DNA from: an uncultured archaeon
GTDB taxonomy: Archaea; Asgardarchaeota; Lokiarchaeia; Sigyniarchaeales; SOKP01
Length of the DNA stretch: 64,000 bases
Direction: 5' to 3'
Assembly (NCBI GenBank): GCA_964486045.1
Contig: CAZALK010000004.1
Span: 96,001 to 160,000 of the forward strand
The stretch's first letter is position 1; each line of letters begins with the position of its first letter. The notes under the pieces are model-generated. The model saw only the letters and a list, made by a program, of their open reading frames with translations, made no database searches and was not told the origin of the DNA. The position numbers were made by a program, and so were the translations under genes. Positions 48,299-58,628 of the stretch are shown piece after piece.

Positions 48299-49144
48299 AT
48301 GAATGAATTTAAAGATAAAATTGCGGTAATCACTGGTGCAGCCAATGGAATTGGACGCGCTGTTGCTGAGAAATTTGCTCAAGAGGGCATGAAAGTTGTG
48401 ATATCTGATATTGAAAAAGAAACATTATCCCAGACAGGAGAAGAATTAAAAAAAATGGGATTTGATGTATTGGAAGTACCTGCAGATGTTTCAAAAATTG
48501 ATGATATCAAAATATTAGCCCAAAAAACACTTGATAATTATGGTGCTGTGCATATTTTGGTTAATAATGCAGGTGTTGGTTTTGCGGGAAAATCCTCAAC
48601 AACAATATGGGAAAGTCCTCTTACTGAATGGCAATGGATTTTAGGAGTAAATCTCTACGGAGTAATTCATGGAATTCATGTTTTTACCCCAATAATGCTT
48701 GAACAAAATTTTGAGTGTTTTATAATTAATACGTGTTCTGTTGCAGGATTAATCCCTCCTCAACCAGGGGCAAGTATCTATAGTATATCAAAACACGCTG
48801 TCGTAGCATTATCCGAGGCTTTACAATCTGATTTAACGCAATTAAAATCTAGAATAAAAGTGTTAGCTCTTTGTCCATGCTTTATATCAACAAAAATTAC
48901 TGAGAGTGAACGAAATCGTCCTAAAGAATTAGATGATGTTAATACCACTAATCCGGAATTAGAACAAACAATGAATCTTTACAAACAAGTAATTGCAAAT
49001 GGTATATCTCCAAATATCGTAGCTGAGGAATTATTCCAAGCCTTAAACGGTGAAAAATTCTATATTCCTACAGACTCTCATGTGTTTATACAAGGATTTG
49101 TAAAGAAAAGAATGGAATTAATCTTAGGGGATATTAAGAAATAA
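48299..49144 (+). CDS. SDR family oxidoreductase
   Basis: TGAANGIG, NNAG and YSISK motifs. Confidence 0.95.
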   Translation: MNEFKDKIAVITGAANGIGRAVAEKFAQEGMKVVISDIEKETLSQTGEELKKMGFDVLEVPADVSKIDDIKILAQKTLDNYGAVHILVNNAGVGFAGKSSTTIWESPLTEWQWILGVNLYGVIHGIHVFTPIMLEQNFECFIINTCSVAGLIPPQPGASIYSISKHAVVALSEALQSDLTQLKSRIKVLALCPCFISTKITESERNRPKELDDVNTTNPELEQTMNLYKQVIANGISPNIVAEELFQALNGEKFYIPTDSHVFIQGFVKKRMELILGDIKK

Positions 49145-49194
49145 TTACATTTGAATTGATTTATATTCATTTACATTAAAACCAAAGTTCGATT

Positions 49195-50604
49195 TCATTT
49201 ATTACTACTAATAATCCCAATTCTATCTATTTCTACCTGTTCTACCATATGAGGACTTAATTTGCGAATTGCAATCAAAAAAATCGGGATTAAACACAAT
49301 CCGGTGTATATCGAAATTATAAAGGGGAGGTTATAATCTAAAGTATCCCATAAAACTCCTCCTATTAATGGACCGATTACTCTTCCTAATCGATCAAACC
49401 ACATATTTAAACCAAATATTTTACCCCTATGTTTTATGGAAATTCGACTCATGATTGCTTGTATGAGGTACACGTTTGATTCTAATGCTATATATAAAAA
49501 AATTAGAATGATTGCGAAATCAATTGAGGAAAAAGCACTAATCAACAACCAAATCATTAACGCTTTGAAAATACCAATTATTAGAACGCTTTTAAGTGGA
49601 GAAATATGATCAAATAATTTTCCCAATCTTGATGCCACCAACTGAGAAAGTACCTGAGCAGGAAAATAAACAATCATTACAATTATTGGAACAATTCTCA
49701 CTGAGAAATCGGGTAAGAGAGATTCTATCAAATACGCTGAGATAAATGGTGAATATATTGTTCCAGTCATAGACGTGGCTAAAATTCCCAGAAGAAGAAT
49801 AAAGAAACCAATAAAAAATGCTGTTTGATCCTTTTTCCCGTCAGTTAGCTGTGATTCCATAATTTCATTCTTTTCATTTGCATTAATAGCATTTGCAAGT
49901 CCACTTCTATTGTTTAAATTTGAGCTAGAACCATTTAATGAAGCGATAAACCTCTCGTAAGTTAGATCTTCATCTACTCTCTTATAAAAACGGTACCCTG
50001 CTACTGTATTAATTGTCGCGAATATCAAAAGAGGACTATACATTAATGAAATATTATTAGGCATAAAAATACTAACAGATGCAAAGATGGGAATACTGAT
50101 AAAAGCCCCCATTAAGAATCCGTACCCAATCATCTTTCCCCTTCCTGTTGCTAATGCCTCAGTCCTATTACCTTTGAAAGATTTTTCGGAAATTAATGAA
50201 AAAAATGGAGGCCAGAAAAATCCCACGAGCAAACCTTGAACGAACGTACCTGCTCCAAATAAAACTAAATTTGGTAAAACTAGTGAAATCCAGTATAGAG
50301 AATAAGCTAAAGTTCTACCCATTGAACCAATTAGAACTAATTTCTTTTTTGATGTATGATCTGTTAGATACGCAATTAATGGCATTGAAAAGAGTCTTGC
50401 TAAAGGCTGCAAAGACATAATAATTCCCACATCAACTCCTGTACCTCCAAAGAAATAAATTACAACATAAGATTTTATAAACATGAAGAATATGAAACCC
50501 AATCCGTTCCAAAACGTAATCCGAATCATAGCATTAAAATCTGGAGTCGTTTTAATTGGTTCTGATGATTTTTTGTCTGTTGATTCAGATTTTGATTGAG
50601 ACAA
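49195..50604 (-). CDS. MFS transporter
   Basis: Two 6-TM halves; LTDHTSKKK and HRGKIFG..GRVIGPLIGG motifs. Confidence 0.88.
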   Translation of the reverse strand: MSQSKSESTDKKSSEPIKTTPDFNAMIRITFWNGLGFIFFMFIKSYVVIYFFGGTGVDVGIIMSLQPLARLFSMPLIAYLTDHTSKKKLVLIGSMGRTLAYSLYWISLVLPNLVLFGAGTFVQGLLVGFFWPPFFSLISEKSFKGNRTEALATGRGKMIGYGFLMGAFISIPIFASVSIFMPNNISLMYSPLLIFATINTVAGYRFYKRVDEDLTYERFIASLNGSSSNLNNRSGLANAINANEKNEIMESQLTDGKKDQTAFFIGFFILLLGILATSMTGTIYSPFISAYLIESLLPDFSVRIVPIIVMIVYFPAQVLSQLVASRLGKLFDHISPLKSVLIIGIFKALMIWLLISAFSSIDFAIILIFLYIALESNVYLIQAIMSRISIKHRGKIFGLNMWFDRLGRVIGPLIGGVLWDTLDYNLPFIISIYTGLCLIPIFLIAIRKLSPHMVEQVEIDRIGIISSNK

Positions 50605-50871
50605 AATTAAGACACAATAGTCAGATTATTTAAATTCCTTATTTAGCTGATAGATAAGAAAGAGATACACATCTTTTAAACTTCAATCTTTAATATTTCT
50701 CTTTTGTTTTGATCTGGAATCAAATCCAAACTTTACATATTATCACGACCTTTAGGTTAATTACAATTCCCTAAATTTTTTCTTCTTTTACTTTATTTCT
50801 TTTGGAACATGGCATTATTTAAGGTTCAGACCTAAAAACCTATAAAGCTACTTAAATTAAAACAATAATCT

Positions 50872-51807
50872 ATGACCAATATTAATAGAATAATACAGAA
50901 ATTTCGTAATGGGTTAAAACTTCATGGTATTGAGGGTAAAATTGTACATGCTAAACACATTCCCGACTTGAGGAATGACATAAGAAAGCGCCATGAACAG
51001 AATCTTATTTATCCGCAATTATACAAAGATTATAAAGCATATTTTGAGTTTGAGCCGAATGTGGATTTCCCCCAGATTAATTCGCTATTTATTCTTGCGA
51101 TCCCAGTACCACAGTTTAAAGCTATATTTCACTTGAATCAAAAGGAGTTTTCCTTCCTTATTCCTCCAACATATTTATACGAGCTAGATCTTTTTAATCA
51201 GATGAAAGATTTCTTATCTGATATATTAAGTCCTGAAGGATATAATATAGCTTACGCCCAGTTACCTCAAAAAACCCTAGCCGTGCGATGTGGATTAGCA
51301 GAATACGGGAGAAACAATATTACCTACGTTTCAGGAATGGGAAGTTTCCACCGTTTAGCAACATTTTATTCGGACTTTCCAGTTGAACAAGACAATTGGC
51401 AAGATCTTCGGATGATGGATCTATGCAAAGAATGTTCTGCTTGTATTCGTAAATGTCCTACAGGTGCAATTCCTACAGATCGATTTCTTCTTCGTGCTGG
51501 TAGATGCCTAACTTTTCATAATGAGCAACCAAGAGATATTCCCTTTCCAGAGTGGATAGACCTTACATGGCATAATTGTTTAGTCGGTTGCCTACATTGT
51601 CAAAAAATATGCCCTGCTAATAAAAAAGTTAAAGATTGGACTGAACTGGGGCCAGAGTTTACGGAAGAAGAGACTAAATTGCTTTTAAATAGGAAAAAGC
51701 TCGATCATTTACCCGAAGAATTAAAGAAAAAACTTGAAAAGTGTAATTTAGATTATTACCTAGAGGTTTTTCCACGAAATTTAGGTGTATTTTTAGGAAA
51801 AATTTAA
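50872..51807 (+). CDS. QueG/reductive-dehalogenase-like 4Fe-4S double-cluster protein
   Basis: KTLAVRCGLAEYGRNN..GMGSF, CKECSACIRKCPTGA, RCLT and GCLHCQKICP motifs. Confidence 0.8.
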   Translation: MTNINRIIQKFRNGLKLHGIEGKIVHAKHIPDLRNDIRKRHEQNLIYPQLYKDYKAYFEFEPNVDFPQINSLFILAIPVPQFKAIFHLNQKEFSFLIPPTYLYELDLFNQMKDFLSDILSPEGYNIAYAQLPQKTLAVRCGLAEYGRNNITYVSGMGSFHRLATFYSDFPVEQDNWQDLRMMDLCKECSACIRKCPTGAIPTDRFLLRAGRCLTFHNEQPRDIPFPEWIDLTWHNCLVGCLHCQKICPANKKVKDWTELGPEFTEEETKLLLNRKKLDHLPEELKKKLEKCNLDYYLEVFPRNLGVFLGKI

Positions 51808-51908
51808 CAGTAATTATTTATGTAAAACTATTTAGGATTTACTATTTTCGTCTAATCTAATAATGTACGATCAAAAATTTTATTAGAATAACAACTTTCT
51901 TAATCTAA

Positions 51909-52544
51909 ATGAGTCTAAAAATCTTAGGAGTATCAGGCAGCCCTGTGCAAGATAGTAATACAGATCGAGCTGTTAAAGCCGTTCTTAAAGCTAGTGAACT
52001 TGAATCTGAATTTGTGAAACTGAGTGATATCACTGTCAGACCATGTCGAGCATGTAAATGCTGTGTAGAGGATAACATTTGTAAACAAGAGGATGATTTT
52101 CCTGTTCTTGCCAGTAAAGTTCTTGAAGCAAGTGCTCTTGTGATTGGTGCATATTGTCCTTATAGGTCGCTTGATGCCAGCACAAAAGCTTTTTTGGAAC
52201 GTTTATGGTCAATGCGACACCAAAGAAATCTCAATGAAGGTATGCAGGTTGTCATAGTGGTGACTGGTGTTATACCCCCGATTGCCAAAATAGTGAGTGA
52301 TACAATTGCACATGAGATGAGAATGGAAAACATGGAGGTTATCGAGACTATACTGATTAGAGGAAATGTCCCATGTTTAACTTGTGGAAGAGGAAGCGAG
52401 TGTAAAATGAGTGGAGTTCCGTTATTATTTGGTAAAGGTACTAAAGCTTCAAGCGACCTTTGCATTCGTGTTGAAGACCAAGATAAAGTTCAAAAACAAA
52501 TTATTCAAGTGGGAAAAATGCTCCAAGAGCGTCTTTCGGAATAA
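51909..52544 (+). CDS. Flavodoxin-like iron-sulfur flavoprotein (WrbA/Isf family)
   Basis: ILGVSGSP..SNT, PCRACKCC....C...DD and KAFLERL; extra C-terminal Cys motif. Confidence 0.85.
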   Translation: MSLKILGVSGSPVQDSNTDRAVKAVLKASELESEFVKLSDITVRPCRACKCCVEDNICKQEDDFPVLASKVLEASALVIGAYCPYRSLDASTKAFLERLWSMRHQRNLNEGMQVVIVVTGVIPPIAKIVSDTIAHEMRMENMEVIETILIRGNVPCLTCGRGSECKMSGVPLLFGKGTKASSDLCIRVEDQDKVQKQIIQVGKMLQERLSE

Positions 52545-52623
52545 AATATCATAAGTTTTATTAATTTTAAATCTCTAATTTTCTAAGTTCGGAAATTTGT
52601 AAAAATCATTAAAAAAAAATAAT

Positions 52624-53772
52624 TTGGTGATAAAAATAGGCTTAAAGAATCTTTTTAGTCCGGAGTATATAGGTAACGTTAAAATAAGCAATAGAATTGT
52701 TCGGACGGCAACGTATATGGCAGGAGCTACAGAAAAAGGATATGTCACGGATGATTTAGTTAAAATTTATGATATATTAGCAGGTGGGGGGATAGGTTTA
52801 ATTATTTCTGGCTATATTGCTGTGCATCCAACTGGGTCGGCTACACATAGAATGGCATGTTTTTTTGATAAATCTTATAGTGCTGGACAAAAAAGATTAG
52901 TTGGTGCCGTTCATGAGCATTCAGAGGTTAAATTTTGTGCTCAGATAGCACACACAGGCAGTCAAGTATACAATCCTGTTCATGAACCTATAGGACCTTC
53001 ACAGATGATTAATCCAATTACTAAAAGAACGGTTCGAAAGTTGACCATAAAAGAGATTGAAGAGATAATCAAGAGCTTTATCTCCGCTGGGATTGGTTTG
53101 TTCGAGTGTGGTTATGACATGATTCAACTCCACGGAGGTCATGGATATTTGTTAAGCGATTTTATCTCACCTTTTACTAATCAGCGCACAGATAACTACG
53201 GTGGAAGTATCGACAATAGAATTAGAATCATTAAAGAAATCCTTAAAGGGCTTAAAGATGCTCTTGGAAAAACTTTCCCTATTCTCATAAAATTAAACAC
53301 CATGGATTTTCTTGGGAAAGAGAAGGGACTTCAATTTAGCGAAGGAAAACAAGTAACAAAAGAAATAGTTAATATGGGGTTCGATTCCGTTGAACCTACT
53401 TCTGGACGAACAAGTTTGAAATATAGTAATAATAAAACCTATCCTTCAGCGATGATAAAATCTCCGGATGAGGAGAATTTCTTTCTTCCTTATGTGAGGG
53501 AATTAAAACTGTTAATGGACAATTGTAAAATGATACTTATGGGAGGTATCCGGAATCCTTTAAGAGCTGAAGAATTCTTACAGGAGAAATTTACTGATTT
53601 TGTATCTCTTTGTAGACCACTGATATATGAACCAAATCTTCCAAATCGATGGAAAAATGGCGATCACTCACCTGCGTTATGTAATAGTTGTAATGCTTGC
53701 CTAGGGACAGGATCTCGAGGTTACTTTTACTGTCCAGTAAAGGAAAAAAAAGAAAAGAAAGCAAATTCGTAA
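52624..53772 (+). CDS. NADH:flavin oxidoreductase (Old Yellow Enzyme family)
   Basis: NRIVRTAT, QIAHTG, IQLHGGHGYLLSDFISP..N.RTDNYGGS and C-terminal CNSCNAC. Confidence 0.93.
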   Translation: MVIKIGLKNLFSPEYIGNVKISNRIVRTATYMAGATEKGYVTDDLVKIYDILAGGGIGLIISGYIAVHPTGSATHRMACFFDKSYSAGQKRLVGAVHEHSEVKFCAQIAHTGSQVYNPVHEPIGPSQMINPITKRTVRKLTIKEIEEIIKSFISAGIGLFECGYDMIQLHGGHGYLLSDFISPFTNQRTDNYGGSIDNRIRIIKEILKGLKDALGKTFPILIKLNTMDFLGKEKGLQFSEGKQVTKEIVNMGFDSVEPTSGRTSLKYSNNKTYPSAMIKSPDEENFFLPYVRELKLLMDNCKMILMGGIRNPLRAEEFLQEKFTDFVSLCRPLIYEPNLPNRWKNGDHSPALCNSCNACLGTGSRGYFYCPVKEKKEKKANS

Positions 53773-53894
53773 AAGTGATCATTTCAGCCTTCTTAACATG
53801 TCACTAACTTTCTAAAATTCTTCTAAACGCACGCTTCATGACCATTTTCCAATTAAAAAAAAAGAAAAAATAATCTTTAATTTAGGAAAGAATC

Positions 53895-54554
53895 TTATTT
53901 AATTTTTGATTCTTCTTCGATATTAATAGCCTCAGCTTTGTCTTTTACACTTGTAATAGAGTCAAGTACTTTCTGATGATAAGAAGATTCTACATCAACA
54001 ATTGTATTGAGAATATTTTGCATCGTTTCTAGTTTAGCTTTATTGAATTCTTCGGTCGCCATTTTCACATCATTTTTTTCCTTCTTGGATATTTCGAGGG
54101 CTGCTTTCAATTTACTTTCTGCGTTTTCTAACTCATTTGGTTTTAGCTTTTCCACTTGTTTATTTTTTACTTTATTAAGTTGTTTTTCTGCTTTCTCTTC
54201 TAATTTTACCGCTTTTTTTGCTTCTCCTTGCTCCGTTTGAAGTTTTCGTAAGTTGATCACCAGTTCATCTAAGGGTGAGATAAATTCAACTCGAAGTTTA
54301 TTAACTTTATCTAATCTTTCTTTTTCGATAATTTCAAAAGTATTTGCCAATGAATTAATTGCTTTTCCCAGAGAAGGAGTTTCAGATTCGGCATAACTTT
54401 TAAGTGCATTAAAAGTTTCTTTGACTGATTTAGAGGTATTTTCTTCAGCGTTTATATAACGATTAGTTTCCCTGATAATTTCACTGATTTTATTGTTAGC
54501 GATTCCCAGGGTATTTGAAACATTATCTAAAAACTTTTTAAACATTTTTTCCAC
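53895..54554 (-). CDS. BAR-domain protein, FAM92/CIBAR-like (eukaryotic signature protein)
   Basis: All-helical, about 220 aa; YAESETPSL..A....A..F...E.ER...V.KL..EFISPL and F...KL..M..IL...V.VE..YH.K.L patterns. Confidence 0.75.
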   Translation of the reverse strand: MEKMFKKFLDNVSNTLGIANNKISEIIRETNRYINAEENTSKSVKETFNALKSYAESETPSLGKAINSLANTFEIIEKERLDKVNKLRVEFISPLDELVINLRKLQTEQGEAKKAVKLEEKAEKQLNKVKNKQVEKLKPNELENAESKLKAALEISKKEKNDVKMATEEFNKAKLETMQNILNTIVDVESSYHQKVLDSITSVKDKAEAINIEEESKIK

Positions 54555-54755
54555 TTTGGTTTGAATTTCCTATATACTAGATAAACAAACCATAATTCTT
54601 TTGATATTTAAATCCTTGCTAGATATACCCTATTCTATCTCTTCGTGAGAAAATTAATAGGAGCCTTCTCATAGAAATTATATTGAGTAGCTATGTTCTC
54701 AAATATATGGTTTTAGAAATAAAAAATACCAATTCTAAGAAAACTAAATTGTGTG

Positions 54756-55670
54756 CTATTTACTCATTTCCCAGAAATAATCATTCCCTGCTTTTATTGA
54801 TCTAACGCTTTTCAACTTGTTCAAGTATTCATAAGTTGTGAATCTTTCTATATCCAGTAAAGTTGCCACTTCTTGAGTAGAGACCTTATCAAACTCCTTT
54901 ATGAACCTAAGAATGTCTACTTCTTTTAATTGGTATGTATCTTTTTTTAGTGAATCATTAGTCAGTTTTTTGAATAAAATTTCAAAATTTTGATATTGCT
55001 GCCATCCACGTAGGAACATTCCTTTTCCATCCCGATTTTTTACATAAAACGTTGGGAATCCATGGATTCCGAAACTCCTACTGAGTTTTATATCCTCAAG
55101 AAATTTTTTTTCGGCTTCCCCACTTTCAATATCATTAATAAATTTTTCCTTATCTAAGCCAATATTTTCTGCCAATTCCAGTTGGACGTCGATCTTATGA
55201 ATGAATCTTTTTTCTGCTGATGTAGCTTCTCTCAATCTCCTAAGATACTTATCAGCTAGGACCTCATTCTGCATTTGAGCTGCTTTATAGGCAATGCTTG
55301 CAGGATAAGTTGAGTGGAAATCTCCCTTTAGATCAAAAATGAGTTGATTATCTACGGGTTGACCATGTCTTCCAGATGCTTCCGCCCAATGAGCAGCACC
55401 TTGTTCGAACTTTTTAGGCCCACCTATGTTATTGTGTGAGTCGTAAAATGTATCAAAATTTTCAACTAAACCTCCCATTACGAATGAAATCTTGACCTGT
55501 TCACCATAGATAGCTTTAATTTTCCTCATAATCGGTTCGGATCCCCAACACCATGTACAATAAGGATCTGTATACTGAGTTATTTCAATTAACCAATTAT
55601 CACTCTTTTTACTAATATTCTCTTCCATATTTTCAATTTCTGTTGTTTTTTCCATTTCCAAATTTTTCAC
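54756..55670 (-). CDS. DsbA/FrnE-family thioredoxin-fold protein, YjbH/SpxH-like
   Basis: YTDPYCTWCWGSEP, STYPASIAYKAA..Q, YLRRLRE, GIHGFPT and a C-terminal wHTH-like tail. Confidence 0.85.
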   Translation of the reverse strand: MKNLEMEKTTEIENMEENISKKSDNWLIEITQYTDPYCTWCWGSEPIMRKIKAIYGEQVKISFVMGGLVENFDTFYDSHNNIGGPKKFEQGAAHWAEASGRHGQPVDNQLIFDLKGDFHSTYPASIAYKAAQMQNEVLADKYLRRLREATSAEKRFIHKIDVQLELAENIGLDKEKFINDIESGEAEKKFLEDIKLSRSFGIHGFPTFYVKNRDGKGMFLRGWQQYQNFEILFKKLTNDSLKKDTYQLKEVDILRFIKEFDKVSTQEVATLLDIERFTTYEYLNKLKSVRSIKAGNDYFWEMSK

Positions 55671-55710
55671 CTCAATAATAACCTTTTTATATTCTTAATG
55701 GTATATAATA

Positions 55711-55772
55711 TATAGTAAGTAATAAAAGTATATAAATCAGTCAGTATCCCTTAGTATAGTAATAAAGTATAT
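55711..55772. promoter_or_regulatory. Direct repeat in the divergent HxlR/DsbA promoter region
   Basis: AGTAATAAA(A)GTATAT occurs twice, each copy with TATAGT at or just before its start. Confidence 0.3.
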
Positions 55773-55774
55773 CT

Positions 55775-56143
55775 TTGTATAGTGATGAAAAAATGGAAAA
55801 AATCGATAATTCCCAATGTTATGTGGAGGATGTAATAACTTTTCTCAGTAAAAAATGGGCTTTATTAATATTACGTTATCTACTTGAAGGAGAAACACTT
55901 CGATTTAATGAATTATTAAAGAGTATTGGACAAATTAGTCCAAGATCCCTATCTCAACGATTAAAAGAATTGGTTGAGTTGAAGATAATAAAGAAGCAGC
56001 AATATAATGAGATTCCCCCAAGAGTAGAATATTCATTAACTAAGAGTGGTGAGGATTTGGCCAAATGCTTCGAGGCTTTGGAAGAATGGGGTATTAAATG
56101 GGGAAAAAGTACTTTTCCTAGAGTTTTAAAAATTTTAAAATAA
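55775..56143 (+). CDS. HxlR-family (MarR/DUF24) transcription regulator
   Basis: N-terminal Cys (QCYVE), KKWALLIL, RFNEL, ISPRSLSQRLKEL and PPRVEYSLT. Confidence 0.93.
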   Translation: MYSDEKMEKIDNSQCYVEDVITFLSKKWALLILRYLLEGETLRFNELLKSIGQISPRSLSQRLKELVELKIIKKQQYNEIPPRVEYSLTKSGEDLAKCFEALEEWGIKWGKSTFPRVLKILK

Positions 56144-56251
56144 TCATCAAAACGATTTTGATCTTTTATATTGAATTAACCACAATTATACTATTAGAAA
56201 TAACCTAAAAGGATCAAATCTTTTTTATATTCGGATGTTTTATGATACTTT

Positions 56252-57409
56252 ATGAGCCTAATAAACATTTTCATTGAAATCCATCTTAAACTTAAACAAT
56301 ACAAGTTGCAATTTATATTCTTCTTCTTATTTTGGTTTGGTGGTTTTTTATTTTTTCTGATTAGTGAACCCTTGGATAGTTTTAGTGAAATAGCCCTATA
56401 TTCCCTAACTATTCGTTCTCCGGCGGGCGCTGGAGATTTTGCTAATTTATATGCCTTAGTTTGGCCTATACTGTTGGAAGTTATTTTTTTCGGCTTTATT
56501 ATGGGGGAATTATTACAGAAGTATAATCCGGTTATTACCAGTAGAATACTCGCTCAACACCAAAGGAATCATACTGTAGTTATAGGGTATCACCATCTAT
56601 CTGAGAGAATTATTGAGTATTGCATCGAAAAAAAAGAACCCTTCTGCCTTTTAGAGGACGATCGAGAATTAGTAGAAGATTTAATCAATACAAACTCTCC
56701 GGTAGTAGTTGGGGACCCCACTGAAACATCAAGCCTCTTATTTGGGAATATTAAACGCGCTAAAGAAATTTTTATCACCATAGACGATGTTAGAATTGTA
56801 ATAATTTGTACAGAAAAAATTCGCAACCTTAATCCGGATTGCCCAATTTATGTTAGGGCATTTGAAGATCATGTACAAGAATATCTCAAACAAGCCCCGT
56901 TAAATGCATTCTCGTTCTCAACATCAAAATGGGCGATGGATGGTATTCGTAAGTGGGTTAAAGGAAAAGAAGGCAAAGCAATTGTGGTAGGTCGGGATAA
57001 CTTAACTCATCGAATTGCTTATCATATCTCTTTGCAACCAGAACGTGAGGTCTATCTTTTTGATGATGAACATGATGGTGTCGAATTTCCACAAAATTCA
57101 CGATTACATATCATAAATGAGTTCGCTTGCTTTTTAAGTGATTTTCAAATCCACGTGAACTTAGAAGAGGTTACACAATTATTTATTTGTTGGAAACGAG
57201 AGGCTGAGTTCGATGAATCTATTTACCTTACATCAAAAATTAATTTACTACATCCGCATATTAAGGTATATGTACGCATTTTTGATGAAGAACTCATCGA
57301 TATAGTTGAAAAAAATAACGCAAAAACTTTCTCATCCTCAAGTAAAGCATTTAAAATGCTCCAAAAAGAAGTAACTAGGGATTCTGCAATTGCCATTAGA
57401 GATAACTAA
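56252..57409 (+). CDS. 2-TM protein with two TrkA-N/RCK domains (K+ channel-like, no GYG filter)
   Basis: NHTVVIG, VVVGDPT, IYVRAF, second RCK AIVVG..VYVRIFD. Confidence 0.75.
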   Translation: MSLINIFIEIHLKLKQYKLQFIFFFLFWFGGFLFFLISEPLDSFSEIALYSLTIRSPAGAGDFANLYALVWPILLEVIFFGFIMGELLQKYNPVITSRILAQHQRNHTVVIGYHHLSERIIEYCIEKKEPFCLLEDDRELVEDLINTNSPVVVGDPTETSSLLFGNIKRAKEIFITIDDVRIVIICTEKIRNLNPDCPIYVRAFEDHVQEYLKQAPLNAFSFSTSKWAMDGIRKWVKGKEGKAIVVGRDNLTHRIAYHISLQPEREVYLFDDEHDGVEFPQNSRLHIINEFACFLSDFQIHVNLEEVTQLFICWKREAEFDESIYLTSKINLLHPHIKVYVRIFDEELIDIVEKNNAKTFSSSSKAFKMLQKEVTRDSAIAIRDN

Positions 57410-57484
57410 TTGATGTTCTAATACCGATTTAAGGTTTCTTAGTCATGAAATAAAAAAGGAAATAAAAAAAATTTTATAATTAGT

Positions 57485-58537
57485 CTAATTTAGGAAACCA
57501 GATATAGCTTTAATTCGTTTTTCTGCTTTTTTAACGATATTTTCTATAAGATCAGGTACACTTTCAAGGCTATTGATAATCCCAATACTTTGCCCTACAA
57601 GAACGGCTCCATCCTCTACATTACCATTGTAAGCGAGTTCATATTTTTTTGCTTGTTCTAGCGCTTGTACGGGAGATGTTTGTGATTCTTGAGCCATTTT
57701 TTCTTCTTTACTCGAAATAAGTTCTCGAGATAAAGAATATTTGTTTTTCCAGAGTCGAATTGGTCCAAATCCTCCGGTCACTAAAACGGTATCTTGAGCT
57801 TTAGCAGGTGGAATTATATTCTTTATTGCTTGATTGAATTCACTCTCTTTCGATGCGATAAACCTTGAACCCATAACCATCGCTCCAGCGCCCATAGCTA
57901 AAGCTGCTGCGAGTGCTTGACCTGTAGCATACCCTCCACATGCCGCAATAGGCATATCTGGGTATTTTTCAGTGACTTGTTGTAGCAAGACTAAAGAGCT
58001 AACTTTCTCATATGATTGGTGTCCTCCACCTTCATTACCAGTTACTACCAACCCATCGACATTTGAAGCAATACATTTATCTGCAAGCCATAATGCTGGC
58101 GCAACATGAAAATGTTTAATATTTGATCCACTTTCCCTCAATTTTTTGAAAGATTGAGTTTGGGGAAGCATTTTTGAAGATCCTGCGCTTGTTAGAGCAT
58201 ACACGCATTGTTCTTTTATTTTAGGATTCGACATAATAAATTCTGGGATTTCTTTACATAAAGGCAAAGCAGAAGGGGCTGTTCTTGATGCCAGGATGTT
58301 AAATCCAAACGGTTTATCGGTATGTTCTACAACAAATTCCATATTTTTTTTCATCGTATCAACAGGAGTTATTCCTGCCTGATATTCACTGATTAATCCC
58401 GTATTACTCAATACTCCAAGACCACCAGCTTCAGAGACGGCAACTGTTAAATCTTTAGTATAAAAGGGTCCCATGGGCGCAGAAAATATGGGATGCTTAA
58501 TACCAAACATCTCAGTAATATTTGTTTTAATTACCAT
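57485..58537 (-). CDS. Nitronate monooxygenase / FabK-like flavin oxidoreductase
   Basis: GIKHPIFSAPMG, AVSEAGGLG, GNEGGGH and GAGAMVMGSRF motifs. Confidence 0.92.
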   Translation of the reverse strand: MVIKTNITEMFGIKHPIFSAPMGPFYTKDLTVAVSEAGGLGVLSNTGLISEYQAGITPVDTMKKNMEFVVEHTDKPFGFNILASRTAPSALPLCKEIPEFIMSNPKIKEQCVYALTSAGSSKMLPQTQSFKKLRESGSNIKHFHVAPALWLADKCIASNVDGLVVTGNEGGGHQSYEKVSSLVLLQQVTEKYPDMPIAACGGYATGQALAAALAMGAGAMVMGSRFIASKESEFNQAIKNIIPPAKAQDTVLVTGGFGPIRLWKNKYSLSRELISSKEEKMAQESQTSPVQALEQAKKYELAYNGNVEDGAVLVGQSIGIINSLESVPDLIENIVKKAEKRIKAISGFLN

Positions 58538-58628
58538 ATCATATCATTTTAGATTTTAATTTTTATTTAACCTTTAATTTTAATGACTTAATTAATTAAA
58601 ATAATAATTTTAAATTATTGTCTATTAG

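Noticed and set aside
53773-53850. SECIS/K-turn-like pattern on the - strand (TGGTC-ATGA...TGAA-ATGATCA)
   Set aside because: Helix II is irregular and too long, it lies beyond a T-tract, and no neighbouring gene has an in-frame TGA at a Cys-equivalent position
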